From: Raillietiella orientalis | Taxonomy: Eukaryota | Reading direction: 5' to 3' | Length of the DNA stretch: 64,000 nucleotides | NCBI GenBank assembly: GCA_036172245.1 | Contig: JAYWIR010000085.1 | Span: 62,001 to 126,000 of the forward strand | Shown: piece by piece, positions 26,810 to 40,200 of the stretch | How positions within the stretch are numbered: the stretch's first letter is position 1 | Layout: each line of letters starts with the position of its first letter | Made by a program: the position numbers and the translations under genes | The notes under the pieces: generated by a model | Database searches by the model: none | What the model saw: only the letters and a program-made list of their open reading frames with translations | What the model was told of the DNA's origin: nothing

Positions 26810-27638
26810 TCAAGCTGCACCACTCAGACTAACTGCTTCTCCTTGCATAAAAGGACATGACGAAGAACCAATCCAGTAAATAACATCAGCCACCTCTCCT
26901 GCTGTGCATATTCTGCCAATTTTGTAGCTAGCATTTGTTTGTGCTTGCCATTCTGGCCAGTTTGAGAGAAACCGTTTCACCATGGGGGTGTCTGTAGTAC
27001 TAGGAAGCACTGCATTGATCTGAATTCTGTGAGGGGCATATTCATGAGCTGATGTCTTTGTTAATCCCACAACACCCCACTTTGAAGCACAATATGGTCC
27101 AAACTCTGGCATAGGTCCATTTGCAGCAAGGCTACTTATATTAACAATACTTCCAAGAATATTGGCTCTTAGAGCATCAGAAGCATCAAAGCGAGATTTT
27201 TGTAGAAGCATTTGTTGAATTTCATATTTCATGCAAAGCCAGATTCCTTTTAGATTTGTTGCTATGACTTTATCAAACACATCTTCAGGGTATTCATGTG
27301 TAGGTGCCATATTTCCTTCAATACCTGCACAATTGCAGCAAACATCTAATCTTCCAAAAGCACAAACTGCATCTGTGAAATGGCAGTTGCAATAATGACA
27401 GCAACACAGTTTGCTCACCTGTGATCATCTTTTGCACTTCAGAAGACTGGCAAACATCTGCTTGCAAAGTAACCAGTTCAGCATCCTTACATGTTGTTCT
27501 TATGAGATTTTCTGTTGCAAAACAGGATTCCTTGTCTATATCTACCAAAACGACTCTGTATCCATTCTGAGCAAATTTATCTGCTGTGAATCGTCCAATT
27601 CCACTCCCGCTTCCAGTGACTAAACAAGTGGGCTTCAT
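26810..27638 (-). CDS. Classical short-chain dehydrogenase/reductase (SDR), 260 aa, 2 exons
   Basis: Exons 27638-27419 and 27372-26810, with a 46-nt GT-AG intron. Motifs: TGSGSGIG (TGxxxGxG), NCAGI (NNAG variant), IVNISS, YCASK (YxxxK), INAVLP. An acidic residue after beta-2 (VLVDID) suggests NAD(H) preference. Confidence 0.95.
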
Positions 27639-30600
27639 TCTCAAAAATATTCAGATTATGCTTTGGGGAGGCCACGAGTTATTTCCTTTTTTATAACCCA
27701 TAGATTTATTATATGACTAAAGCTTTACGCACCTGGTAGTTTACCTTATGTACTCTTTACAGACCACCAACTCCATTCAATTCAAGCTGCAGAAAGATGT
27801 GCTGGAAAGTTCCATAACCTCTGGAGACGACCAGAAACCTGATAGAAACACGCAATCACTGTTTACTTCCTTGTTTTAGTTTACACGAAAGTGGGCGCCC
27901 CCAATCTTTTACGGACAACTAGCACAGCTTGTACCATCCATCAGCATTAGCAGTTGCATTTGATGTGATGCTTCCCACAGTCCCAAGCGAGAAACCATAA
28001 GTCTCGAATAGTTTTTGGGGGAAACAGAGTTTCCGTACTGAAAAACTGTACCTTCGGGTCAGTGCAAAGTGCTCCAATTGTGTGAGAAGGTGTTTTTCCG
28101 GCTTCGGCGACGAGCAAGCCCTACGGGGCCGACCGAACACTCAACACTTCTGCAACGCCGTTCAGCTTTGCAGACCCAAACACGCCGTGCAGCTCCTTGC
28201 GGCGTGTCTGCTGAGCTTACACATTGCATTCTATTGAACTTCTATTAAACTTGGAATTCTCATTAGAAAACTTCGCCGTATTGCACTTTGAACATGGGAA
28301 GGCCAGTTGGAACGTGCAATGGAATGAAGAATGTGACTGTGACAACTCTCGTTGATCAGATGGCATTTGCTTTGGTAAACATCTGCAAGATGTGTGATCT
28401 TGAGAAAAAGGTTCCGAAATCACGCAGACGGACAGCCAAATGTGATTCCTGCGTTTTTGTAGCTGATGGTGCTTGTAAAAAAAAAAAAAAAAAAAAGAAA
28501 GGAAGGAACTCTATTAATGATGCTTTACATATACGACATTTTGTGTGATTGTTCAATGAAGTGATTCTCTTCAGTATGACTATTAAAGTTAAATGAGATC
28601 CAGTTTCTCTTTTTCTTTTTTTTTTTTTCATCTGCTGTCTCAGCTAAGCACTGATAATCGTAACGTAATTCCATTTACGATCATTCACGGGCGAACGGAG
28701 GCAGTTTTCAATGGAATGCTATCTTCAGATGCTGCGGCCTCAAAAAGAAGTCGGAAAGAAATCTCAACGGTACGAGTGGTGCTCGACATAGGTTTTGCTT
28801 AATCTATTAATCATGAATATTCATCCTTCATTACCCTCCCCAAACAAGATTTCCTCATCATCTTGCCTCACTTGCATTCCTGAGATGACTAAACAACAAA
28901 GTTTTACAAGGTCATCGTTTTAGATCTCATAATCTATTTGGCACTATACCATGGAGTTCCAGATTAAAAAGTGAGACAGTGTCGACCGATGTAAGCTGCC
29001 ATTCGTTCCACTAATGAAACGGCCAATTGCTATGCCATCCTACCGAGGTACTATGCCATTCGTCACCAAAGAGACTTCACCTTCACTAAATGCTTGATTG
29101 CAAGTGCTTTTTCCTGCAGAAGAGGATTCGGGCAAATTGGATTTCCAGATCCTTCGCACCGAATTTTCCATCTTTCGACACAAGAACCCTACATTCCTAC
29201 TAATGAAAATAGGTTTTCCAAACAGCATCTTGTTGACACGGCCTCTTATTAAGTTACCATTGATCACGAAGCCAACCTGGTTTCACCACCCGTTGACGGT
29301 CGTGTGTTTCCAGGACTACACGTGTCTCCGGGAAACGGACCCATCCCTATCTTTTATACTCTGTAAAGTAAAAAATAATAAATTGTCACTTACAATCTTC
29401 GGAATATGATTATTGTAAAGAAATGGGAAAATTATGCCGATTCCTAGATTATTTTGCAATTAATGTGGATTTCCAGTTCATTTGTTCGAAAAGATATCAG
29501 TTTCATGAAAATGAAGATCACGAAAGATCAGTGGCAAGATATCTGAAGAATTATATAGCTGCTTATACAATAGGCCACTTTGTTGAAACTACGGAATGAA
29601 TGTTTGAATGTATTATTTTTTTAAGGAATTGAATGTGAGATTCTCTTATACACAAGACACATGTATAGCATTTAGGGAATCCTTCTTAAAGATCCAAGCC
29701 ACATACATCATTTTCCAGTGTACAGCGTTGTGCATCTCCAACGTAATACGTAATTCTGATGAGTCACAAGAACGAGCAAGGACATGAAAAATGAGATCGT
29801 CAGAGCTGGAGAAAAAAGAAAATAATGAAAGCTGATGAGTAGTTAGATTCCTCAGCTTTGATTATGGAAAGAAGAGTGGACTGAGCATTGGGGAACATCA
29901 GATTTCATTTGTCTTCATTCGAAAACCTGAGTCTTCCATGCGGATGGAATGCATAGATTTTCCTGGATACGTTGGAATAGGTCTGTTCGATTAAATACTT
30001 TCTAAAGATAGGTGCTTTTGAACGTTTGATGCATTGTGAACGTTTATTTTCGTGGAGTGCCGCCTCGGAATTCTTGAGAATTCCTTTTGCCTCCTTTCCC
30101 ATCTTGCCCGATTTCAAGTCTGCATCTGCGTTGATTGCGTTTCTCCCTTCGACCGTGGCCAATTTACTGACAGAAACAAAAACACGACTCGGAAGCCACT
30201 CGCAACAGCAAGGAAACGAAGGTCTGGTTTCCTGGAAGGAGTTAGGAATTCATCTCTGCACGCCGTGGTTTCCAACACGTTGATAAGCGGGAGGACTTTC
30301 GAACTGCAACGAAGCCTCATTGATAAAGGATGATAAAATGAGATTGGGAAGACGAAGAGTGCGAGATATCTGATTCTTTTCAATCGCAAGGAAGTGTAGG
30401 ATCATCTGGGACGTAGTATTTTCTGACTTGAGGCATTCTGAAGGAGATCTTGTTTGGGTGATTGAGCGGCACCGCGGAATTTTAGCTGCTTCCTAGAACA
30501 GTAATGTGGTCTACTTTCAAAGCTGATTCACCCCCCAATAGCTGTGCACTGAAACTTCCTTCACGAAACCAATGATTCCAACATGCTAAAAGTTACCGCA

Positions 30601-33600
30601 GTTTTTGTTTACTGTCCTGGGAGTGTCGCTTTATAACAAAAATTACAAGTACCCAAAAAAGCAAATATATGTATCTTTGAACTCCACTCTCTCTCCTTGC
30701 AAAGTCAGCGATTTTTGATCTTTCCATAGAGGAATAAGGAACGCATGATGGTTCATCCTGTGTAGAGTTTTCTCGCATCGAGAGGCAGCAGTACTGTGCT
30801 GAAAGGTCAGTACCGCATCTTGTACGATCAAAGGAGCAAGGATTCCGTAGCAAGGTCTGAGAACCTACAGAGTACCTGCGTTACATGGATCATTTCTACT
30901 TCCTATATTGGGCCTGTTAGTTGAGTTTAGATATGCAGATTCTCTATATACACTGTCAAAACTCTTCTACGGTGTATTACCACAATGCTGTAGAAATTCT
31001 TGAACAATGGCGCTACCAACAGACTTTTTTCTATAGGCTAATGCATACCTTTCTAAAACACTACGACTTACTGGAGTAGATATTACTCCAAAGTTAAGAT
31101 TAAATTCATAATATTTATTATGACGCCTTCCTGTCAAGAAGTTAGTGCCCCGTCAATATTCTCTCCAGTAGCTCCTTTGATGCTGGTGTGTAGCCATTTT
31201 CATAAAATGGATCTTGCTTGAACTTGTACAACATTATGTCCAGAAGGCATGGGTTCATTTTCAATATCATGTATAATGTTTTTCAGTGTCTTTTGTATAC
31301 AGAAACTTCGTGGATCATAAGGTATGCTATTGTTAAACAAGTAGAAAAGTCAGATCTGATTACAGACATAAGCGGCGCTAGTGCATATCTTCCGTTGCGA
31401 AATTTAATCGGTGGTCAATGATTTCGTGAGGGTGACGAGATTAAAGCTTACATACAAGCCGTTAAGTGCTCTGATGATGGGCGTCAAATTATTCTTTCTA
31501 TGGCTCATGAGGACTTTCATTAAATCAATAAATACCAGGAACTGCTGATGGATTAGTGAAGATTAAAAGTACAGCTAGAGATGCTGGTTCAGGGTCCAAA
31601 GTTGCTGTTTTTTCTCCTCCTTGACCTTCTCACTGTCCTCGGCGAGGTCCACTTTGGAAAGTGGAAGCAAGTTCACAACTTAAGTTTACCGTGAGCTTCG
31701 TGTGATTTGCTCGTAAAGGAGCAGACAGGTGGAATCTACACTCAAAAATTCACCTGCCATTGGAACTGAGAACACGTCTGTTCACATTCACTGTTCTCGA
31801 TAAGTATTTTGATGGTAGCCACCGTTAGCAGTTGAAATTAAGACTGAAGTGCCACATGCATCATAGAGCCCGTGTCCATCACGATGCTGCTGCTACGATC
31901 AAAGGACAACGTTCAACGATAAAGATGATCCTAAACTGTTAAGGATTACCTTTGTCAGGAAAATCGGGATTGCTTTGCGATAAGAGGAGGAGTCCAGAAG
32001 GGGATCAGTGCAAGCATTCCATGCTCGTCGTGTCGGTGCAATCGATATCCACGCAGAGGAACACTCGTGGACACCGGCCAGCTCCCTCAAACCCTGGGTT
32101 TGAGTAGCCTTTCTGTGTTTCAGAAATCATGCTCTTTATGGAAGAGAAACTCTGCTAAAGTCGCGGCCGAACTTCATGGTACTTCTGTGAATTTCGTTGA
32201 GAAACTGACAAAAGGGGTGGCACGAGCATTCTCGCGCTTTTGAATTAAAACTATAAATCCGAGGTATGGCTCACAGATTCAGCATCTTTGGCTCATTTTT
32301 ATTGATCCTTACTTTATAAAACATCCTTATTATAGAACATCTTACATCGATTCGTGTTCTGTATCTTTATGGGGGGCATGTCGCAGATGTATACTATACC
32401 TTTTGTCTCGTAATCTATTAAATAAGAGCATATCTAAAATTCCTTTTCAGGGATATAAATATTATATGAAATCTCACGTGAACTATAAATCAATTTGGCT
32501 CCAGATTATTATATAATATACACTAACAACTCTCTGACTAGACCGAGCAGTTTAATCGAACGTTCTATGAAACATTTATATAGCTTCGTGCACATAAATT
32601 AAACATTGCAAAGTAAGGTTCAAAATCTATGCCCTCCTTGCCATCGGGAAGGAACTCTGATCTGAATTTCAGATAGCAAGTCCTGATTAATGAACAGTTC
32701 TTCGAAGATTTTCGCAATGAGTGAATGAGTTCTCCCTTCAGCAATCAAAAAAAAAGGGGGGAGGGGGGAACTAAGCTGCAATTATTTCAGCGACTCGAGC
32801 TGATGTGATTCGTTTTATGGATTGCAGATTTTCAACTTGAGAAGGAAGCACATTACGAGCTTGCATTTCAGTATCCCACGACTGCCTTATCCAAACTGCT
32901 TAATGATGCACCTGAGTACATTAATAAGCACTTATGATAAAGGAGCTCATGAAAAAAACAGTGTGCTTTTAGTGTCCGATCTACCGGTCCATATCGACTG
33001 ACAGGTCCGTCCCGCAAATGCACAACGCCCTTTTTATAGTTCTGATCAACTCATGTCGTTGCCTAGATGGAATGTGAAGGCTGGAAAGAGGTCGGGGCTC
33101 TAGGGAAGCTACCACGGAGAAAAAAGGAAATGAAAAACTTGGGTGTTGAGGTCCCAGGATACGAGCGGAATCCCAGGTGCTACGTCATTTTTGTTTCTTC
33201 TTCCATGTTGTGATGCACATCCAGAGATCCGGGTAACCGCCCAGCGCTCAAGAAGCAAGTAGTCCTCATTCACTTGCGGTTAAAGCTCCTCCTTTTCTAG
33301 GTATCAAAGGAATGGAATTTCCCCCCGAAAGTAAGAGATTCAGGATCCCGCTGAGAAAGGAAAAAAAAATAGGTCTGATGTCTCAGATATCAAAGAACCC
33401 ATCGTCATTCCCACAATGAAGTCAAGAAGGAAGATGGAAGCACCCGTCTGTTTTCAAGGCAGGAGTGCCTGAAGAGTAAATTCTCTAGTTCACCCGGAAT
33501 GCAAAAAAAAAGGCACACACATAGCGACAGTCGATAACTGATTTTTCCTCCCTTCATTCCGGATTCTGCTAATCAACTTTGAAACACAATCTGCGGATCA

Positions 33601-34293
33601 AGAATGAAATGCCACACCGACTGAAACTTATCACACGCAAAAGTTATTGTGATCAGAGGCCTTTGTTCCCGATTCCATTAGGATAATGAATCGCTTTTTT
33701 TTTTTTTTGGGAATGCTTCCAAAAGAGAAGAGGTCCCAACAGAGCTCGGCGTACCTGGGACTCGTTCCTGTCTTTCTGCCGCCATCTTCGAGTGCCATCG
33801 AAAACCAGCTCCGTGCAAGTCACGTGACGAAACCGGGATCATTCATCTGCACGATCTGCAGATCCGGTGAGACGAAACCGGAAAGGAAACGGCACAGGCA
33901 CGATCCCGGGCACTGGAATCCGGTTGCGAACTCGGAGAGTAGCCTCGGAATCCTGAAAGACGTAGCCGTAGTTTTCGTAGCGACGTGGCAACGCGGACTG
34001 CGAAGCTCACATTAGCGGTTTCACGTTTGAACCATCGCCGGTTCCAGACCAAAATAAATGTTTCTCTGCGGGTGCATCGCAAATAGAATGTAATCGTTAT
34101 TTATAGCTTCTTTCGTGAAACCTCACGTTGGAGATGCTGAGCATCGGCAAGCGAGTCCAGTCGTCGGTGTGGCTGCTGCCAAGTGTTAAGTTTGTGACAA
34201 CACAGAAAAGAAATAACCGCGCGGTTTCTCCAGCATCCCTCTCGAGGCATGCGAAACGCCTCCAAGTAGTGCTGAGCTGGAGGAGAATTCAAA

Positions 34294-37200
34294 ATGAAAG
34301 AAGACACTGGAAGAAAATGCAAGAGCTGTTTTCTTTACGTGAAAAATATAGGAGCATTCCTGGCCTCTCACATCGGATTAGTATCCATGGTCGTGGGTTA
34401 CTGCCTCATAGGGGCTCTGACTTTCGAAGCTCTGGAGAAGCGCCATGAAGCTGAGGTGAAGCAGAACATGATCTGGAAGAGGAAGAATATCACCCAGAAA
34501 GTGTGGGACACTACCCACCGAGTCCCTTACCTGCAGAAATCGAACTGGACAGGTGAAGTAGCGAGCATCTTGCGGAAATTCGAAACGGACTTGTTGACCG
34601 CCCTGAGAAGAGACGGCTGGGACGGGACGGAGGACTTCGAAAACCACCAGTGGACCTTCGCGGGATCGCTGTTCTATTCTATCATCGTCATAACCACTAT
34701 CGGTGAGTCTGTCCATTCTCCCGAACGGATTGTCGAGCCGTTTTGAGACGTTGCGTTCGAAGAGTCGTTAGCAAACTCCCTTTTTGTGCTTTTTTTTTTT
34801 TCTTTTTCCCCGGCTTGCCAGTCGGCTGGGTAGGATACAGTTGGCAAGGCAGCGTGTACCTCGCGCTCTCAGTGAGCGCGTGCATACGGAGGAAGTAACG
34901 AAATCGGTGGGGACATGGGGATCAAGTCTCTGCCTGCCCTCTCAGTTAGCTGGAAGCTTCGTTGCGCATTCCTTCTGCCTTCTCCTTGCAAAAAATGAAA
35001 AGATGAGGGATGGAAGACAACAAGAAGTAATGAGTTTTCACAAGGCATCGCAAAGATGCGGAGCTCTCTTTACTCGGAGTCTCATTGCTGTTGGATGAGC
35101 AGAGCACGTGGGAGTGTGGACGAAACATTCCTGGTTACCTTCGGAGTCCCCAGTCTCCTACCTTCAGAGATCTCTTAGTCCTCCGCTTGCCTTCCGGAGT
35201 GAAGGAGGAATTATGTGCAATAAGTGCTGTTATCGCCTCACGGGAAGGAGAAAAGGGATCCTCCCAGGACTCCATGTCCATCCTTCCAGGAGTTTGATGA
35301 CGTTTGAGATGGTGCAGGTGAACCGCCACTGTTCTAAGTCTCATTTCGTTCCTCATTTCTCAGCCCCCGGGAAGACAGCACTGCGGCTAAGGCTGTGGCA
35401 CACGCTTGAGCCTCCTTCTTCTGGAGCCTCATAATCTTAGAGCGGGTCGTTGGCATCAAATCAGGAAAGAGCGGGTGAACGATGTGAGTTACCGCAGACT
35501 CCATCGAACAGCTGCTGCGCTCCTGTTACCAGGCGATTTGCAAGGAGAGCGCCTTCAGAAAAACGCGAAGAAGAAGTAAAAGAGCACCAGCAACTCTTGG
35601 AGTGAGGTGAGGCAACCAAGTGGGTGTGTTGCAACGAGCAGAAAAAAGAAGCAAGAATAAATTCCGTCGCATGGGAAGAGACTCTGGGCTCGCATGCCGT
35701 CTTCTTAGAAGGAGGGCAAAGGAGTCAAGCAACCTCAAGAAATCAGATTTGCTTCCGGTGTTCTTACGTTCATCAATCAGACAGCTTCCAGGAACGCTGC
35801 TGAATCGATAAAATGGACCAAAGAATCCACTTTTTGCAGGGAGGACCTTTGCTTTCCAGGAAAGAAGAGCGCGCATTCGGGTGAGAAACCAATGGGCTCC
35901 TCTCTCCGTCCGTGATGGTTCACCCCGGGATCGAGCGATGCAGAAGGGGCTTAAAGGATGAAGGATGGATCGGGCTCAAAGGAGAAGAGTGCCGTAATGC
36001 ATCAGAAACCGGAGGAGAATCGAGAATCAGGAGACCAAATCATATGGGCACTCTGCAGAGACAAGAGGCGTCCTGGGGTCCTCGGCAAAGTGCAAGACAG
36101 AGGTGAAATCGGTCGTCCCTGCTTTGAGTCGAGGGAACGCGTGGTCTGGTGCAGCGGGAGAAGACGTTTCACCCTAACGGCTTCCCTCCTCAAGACGTCG
36201 CGCCGGAACAAGCCTTTGAGGGATCCTCGTGCCGTACGCGAACCAGAAGGAGCGATGAAGAGGCGGTCCACCGCGCTTCCAGGATTTGTGGAGCGGCGGT
36301 CGAACGTCTCGTCGCGGCGTCTTTGGACCCCTGCCAAAACGGAGCAGCTCGCTTGCATGTGGCACCCCACTTCTACATCGCGCCGGAACTCTCCTCTAAG
36401 GGTGGAATGTCTTTGAAGGGCGTGCACGAGTACCTTGCTAAATCAGGGGGTGCGCCGCGACGGACGCGTCTCTCCCGTGTATCCCAGAAGCGTCCGTCCT
36501 CCTCTTCCCGAAATTCAGCTCCCCAGCTGCTCAGGTATTCGGTAGCAGGTGGCACGGGAGCCACTGCTGCTGCCGACCACCGTCGAGGTGTTTGCGTGCG
36601 TGCGCTCAGGGCTGGCTTCGGCGATCCGCTGCACCAGAAGGTTCCTCTCGTGGGATCCGCCGAGCTCTCGCGCACGGAAAATTCACCCTCTTTCTTTGGT
36701 CGGCCGTGGGAGTAAGTGGAAGGAGAGGGGTGGGGGTTTGAAGAGGAGCTTTGCGCTGGAGAGAAACCCTCTCTTCAGGTTCCCTCCCGCCCTCCTCCCG
36801 GAGGGGAAGGCGTTTGCCTCATGCTCGCCAGGATCCCGACCCATTTCCTTGGTTTCTTCCAGGCTACGGCCATATCGCCCCGAAGACCCAATGGGGAAAG
36901 ATCGTGACGATCCTATACGCGATCCTGGGTATCCCCTTGATGCTCCTGTGCTTGTCCAACATCGGAGATGGTCTGGCGCAGAGCTTCCGCTTCCTGTACT
37001 GGAAGGTGTGCTGCTACGCCTGCGAGAAGAAGCCCAAGAGGAAGAAGGCCCCGAGAGCTTTCGGTAGGTCAGTACCTCGCACACCTCGAATCATCCGTAG
37101 CACCCCTTCTGGGGTCCGAGAGACGGGGCAGAGGAAGGCACGGAGCCGCTCATCAGGCGCGCACGCGCGAGATGCGAGGGAGAGGGGGATATCCGTAGCG

Positions 37201-40200
37201 TACTCAGATCAGGATGACGGACGGAGGGAGTCAGGAGCCAGGCTGCAAGAACAGCGGTCCGGAGATGCTCAGGCCGGGGCGAAAGGGATCAGTTAGCGTA
37301 TCCCTGAAGCAGCTGCATCTCGGGGGACGCCTTCGGGGGAGGAAGCGGGGGCTGAGCCGACACGACGGCTCCTGGCTCGCCTGCCCGTGTTCTCCCGGAC
37401 GAATTACCACGACACAAGGCAAGGTCCGCCAAAGGAGAGTTTGCGGGACGAAAGACGAGCAGAGCTGGAGGGTGATGCGGGCAGGGTGGGAAGGAACGTC
37501 CTTCCGTGGGGAGCTTTCGTGGGTACGGGTGGCTGGAGCATGGATGTGGAACCGCTCCCACTCTTTCTTGGCGCTCCTCGACTTCTGGCCGGATGTGGTA
37601 GCTCCAGGCGGAAACTTCCCTCCCTCCCCTATCCGGAGGATTGGTTCAGTCGTTTCCCAAGGCTCTGCGAGACCCGGTGTGCCCAGCTGGCCATAAGGCT
37701 CCGAATGCCGAGAGCACAAGCATATCGATGGGGAAAGGGGTCAGCTGGGGAAAGGAGGGAGAGGAAACGAGTCGCAGCGTCCTCCCACAGTCGCGACCCT
37801 CACGGGGAAGAGCACCAGAAGGCGCGGCGTCCGGGAGCGGTTAGTTGTGGGGCGTTCCCAGCAGGCCTGCTGCCTCGAAGTCCTGCATGTGCGCTGTCGA
37901 CCCCCTTCCGTGCCGCAGCGAGAGAGAAGGGTCGCCCCGTGGTTCCACGGTTCGGTGCCCCCCTATCCGCCTCTGTCCTCTCCCAGATCCGGCTGGGACC
38001 ATGAGGCCCGGTCCGTTCCTCCTCCGCAGGGCATCATGTGCCAAGGAGAACCGGGTAGACGCCGCACCCCTGACGCACCGTTCCGACCGGAGGAGCCCCA
38101 CAAGGCTCCACTGCTTCCTCTTTTTCATGGCCACTTCTCACTGCGTGATCCCCAAGGAACTGGATACACGAGGAGTCTCTCCTTTTCGGAACAGAACGCG
38201 TGCTCTTCCTCCGTCGGAGTGCTCCCCAGCTCTTCCCTCCTGAGAATCCTCTACCGCAGGACCCTCCTCCTCGCCGCAAGCGGGTGCCTCACGTCCTCTT
38301 CATCCAGCTTCGGCGGAGTATCCCCTAGGAGCGACCTTTCGGAGAATCGATCGCCCTTCCCGTCAGGAAAGGAAGCAAAGAGGACCAGAGGCGGAAGAAA
38401 GGTCAGCAGCGGCGGCATCTGAAAGTCCAGAGCTCTGTTCCCGGCTTATGAATTTTCTGTTGAGTCAGAAAGTGGGAAGAAAGGCAACGAGGTGAAGGAT
38501 CGAGCAGCTGTCGGTTGCAGCAACGAAGGAAGAAAAGCTCGGGGGCCTCCTGGTCCTGGTGTCCGGAGAGAGAGGACGCGGGTGCCACATATGGGATCTG
38601 CTTTCTCGCGGGTCAGGACTGTCTCCAGTTCTCCCAGAGGCGATGATTCATCCCGGGCTACGCGGACCACGGAAGGGTTGGACGGAGACTCCGAGAGCCT
38701 CCTCTGCATCGGCAGTTGTCTGCACTTAGGAAGCGGAGCACAAAGGGTAGATCAGAACGGTATCCGTGACAGACGAGGTGTCCACCCTGCGGCATCTCGG
38801 ATGCGCGGTCCGAGGGACTGAAAAATGGGCATGTTCTCTCCCTTCCCCGTTTGGCATGCGTTGCGGTGTTCGTAGTACGACGGGCAGACCGAAGGAAACG
38901 GCGCGCCCTCTGGCGAAAGAAGGGGTCCGAGGCGCGGAAAGCAGACCGTTGTCGTCTTCATCCTGTGCCCCTTCCCCTCCCCCTCCCCCCACTGTTCGAT
39001 TGTAAAAGGAGGGAGAGCGCAGAGGACACTCCTCTGAAGTGAGGAACGACCTGGAGCGTGACCTTCGGTCCGAGCCACGCCCACGCAACCAGCCTCGCGA
39101 GAGAGGACACATCGCGCGTGGGTTCGCCTCGAGGAACTTTTCGAAGACATACCGCCGCAGACTCCTGCATAGAGCGGGCGCTCAACCCAGCCTCGATTCA
39201 CGAGAGACCGGAATGAGCTGACCATGATCCCCAGAGGCACGGCGTCCTCTCTAGACGCTAAGGTTCAGAGCTGAAAAGGAATGGAGGATTCTGGTTCCCC
39301 TCTCAGATGCACTCCGTCTTTTCTGCCTAGCACTCAGGACTGCCTCCAGACGGGTGCGAAGAGGGGTGGCTGGTCGTCCCTCTCCTGAAGCTATTGGATG
39401 GGCGGATCCGTGAGTTCACTGTCCCTTTGCTTCCAGGAGCTACTCGATGAAAGTAGATGGGGCTCACGCCAACCTCCACCTGGCTACCTGCGGCAACAAC
39501 CCGAGGCTGAGCGACAGCCTTCTCAGTGACAGCGCCCTGGAGAGGAGTTCGCTATCCGTTTCGGACTGGAACTGCAGGTATTCAGGAAGGGGCGGTGGAG
39601 CTGCAGTAGCGGCACGGGAGGCGATAGCGATGGCATAAGCGGTGTCGCGGCAACGGCAGCGCAGGCGGCGACAACAATAACACAAGTGGCAACGGCAGCG
39701 AGGGAAACAACAATGGTAGTGGGGCGTAGTGCTAATGGCAACAGCCCCATGTTCTGGAGACAAGAACGAGCAGTGAAAAGTGGAGGGGGGAGGAGGTGGC
39801 CACAGTGAAGCAAAAAGACGTTGGCGGTTTCTAAACGCAGGCGGAAAAGGACAGGCTCTCCAGAACGGGTCTCCTCGCTTCTGAGGTCCGGACGAGGAGG
39901 AGGTTCCAGGAAGCCAACTGCTTTCACTCTTCGACCTAACTTTGCATTTCATGACAGAGTAACCCATGCTGGGCAGAGACGGGGAATACTGCGAGATCTC
40001 TTTCATCGCTTCCTTCTTTCTCGAGGAGCCCTCACCGTGGACGCAGAAAAATGCCATCTCGGGCTTCCTCCAAACCTTTTGGCCTCGGAAGAATGGCACG
40101 ATCGCGGTTCCCGCTTGCGTGCCGTCGCCCGAAGCAGGAACTGGGGGCAATTTTGAGACTATCGGGTGTTACCTTTTTGTTTGTTTTTCTCCTCCCCCTT

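Noticed and set aside
35100..39400. Many long overlapping ORFs on both strands in the K2P introns (other than exon 36863-37067)
   Set aside because: High GC lowers stop frequency. The translations are R/S/P/G-rich with no motifs and are not needed for the channel model.
39590..39750. GGC/AAC/AGC-rich stretch that looks like Gly/Asn/Ser coding sequence
   Set aside because: There is a stop at 39636-39638 in the K2P frame. Best explained as intronic low-complexity sequence.
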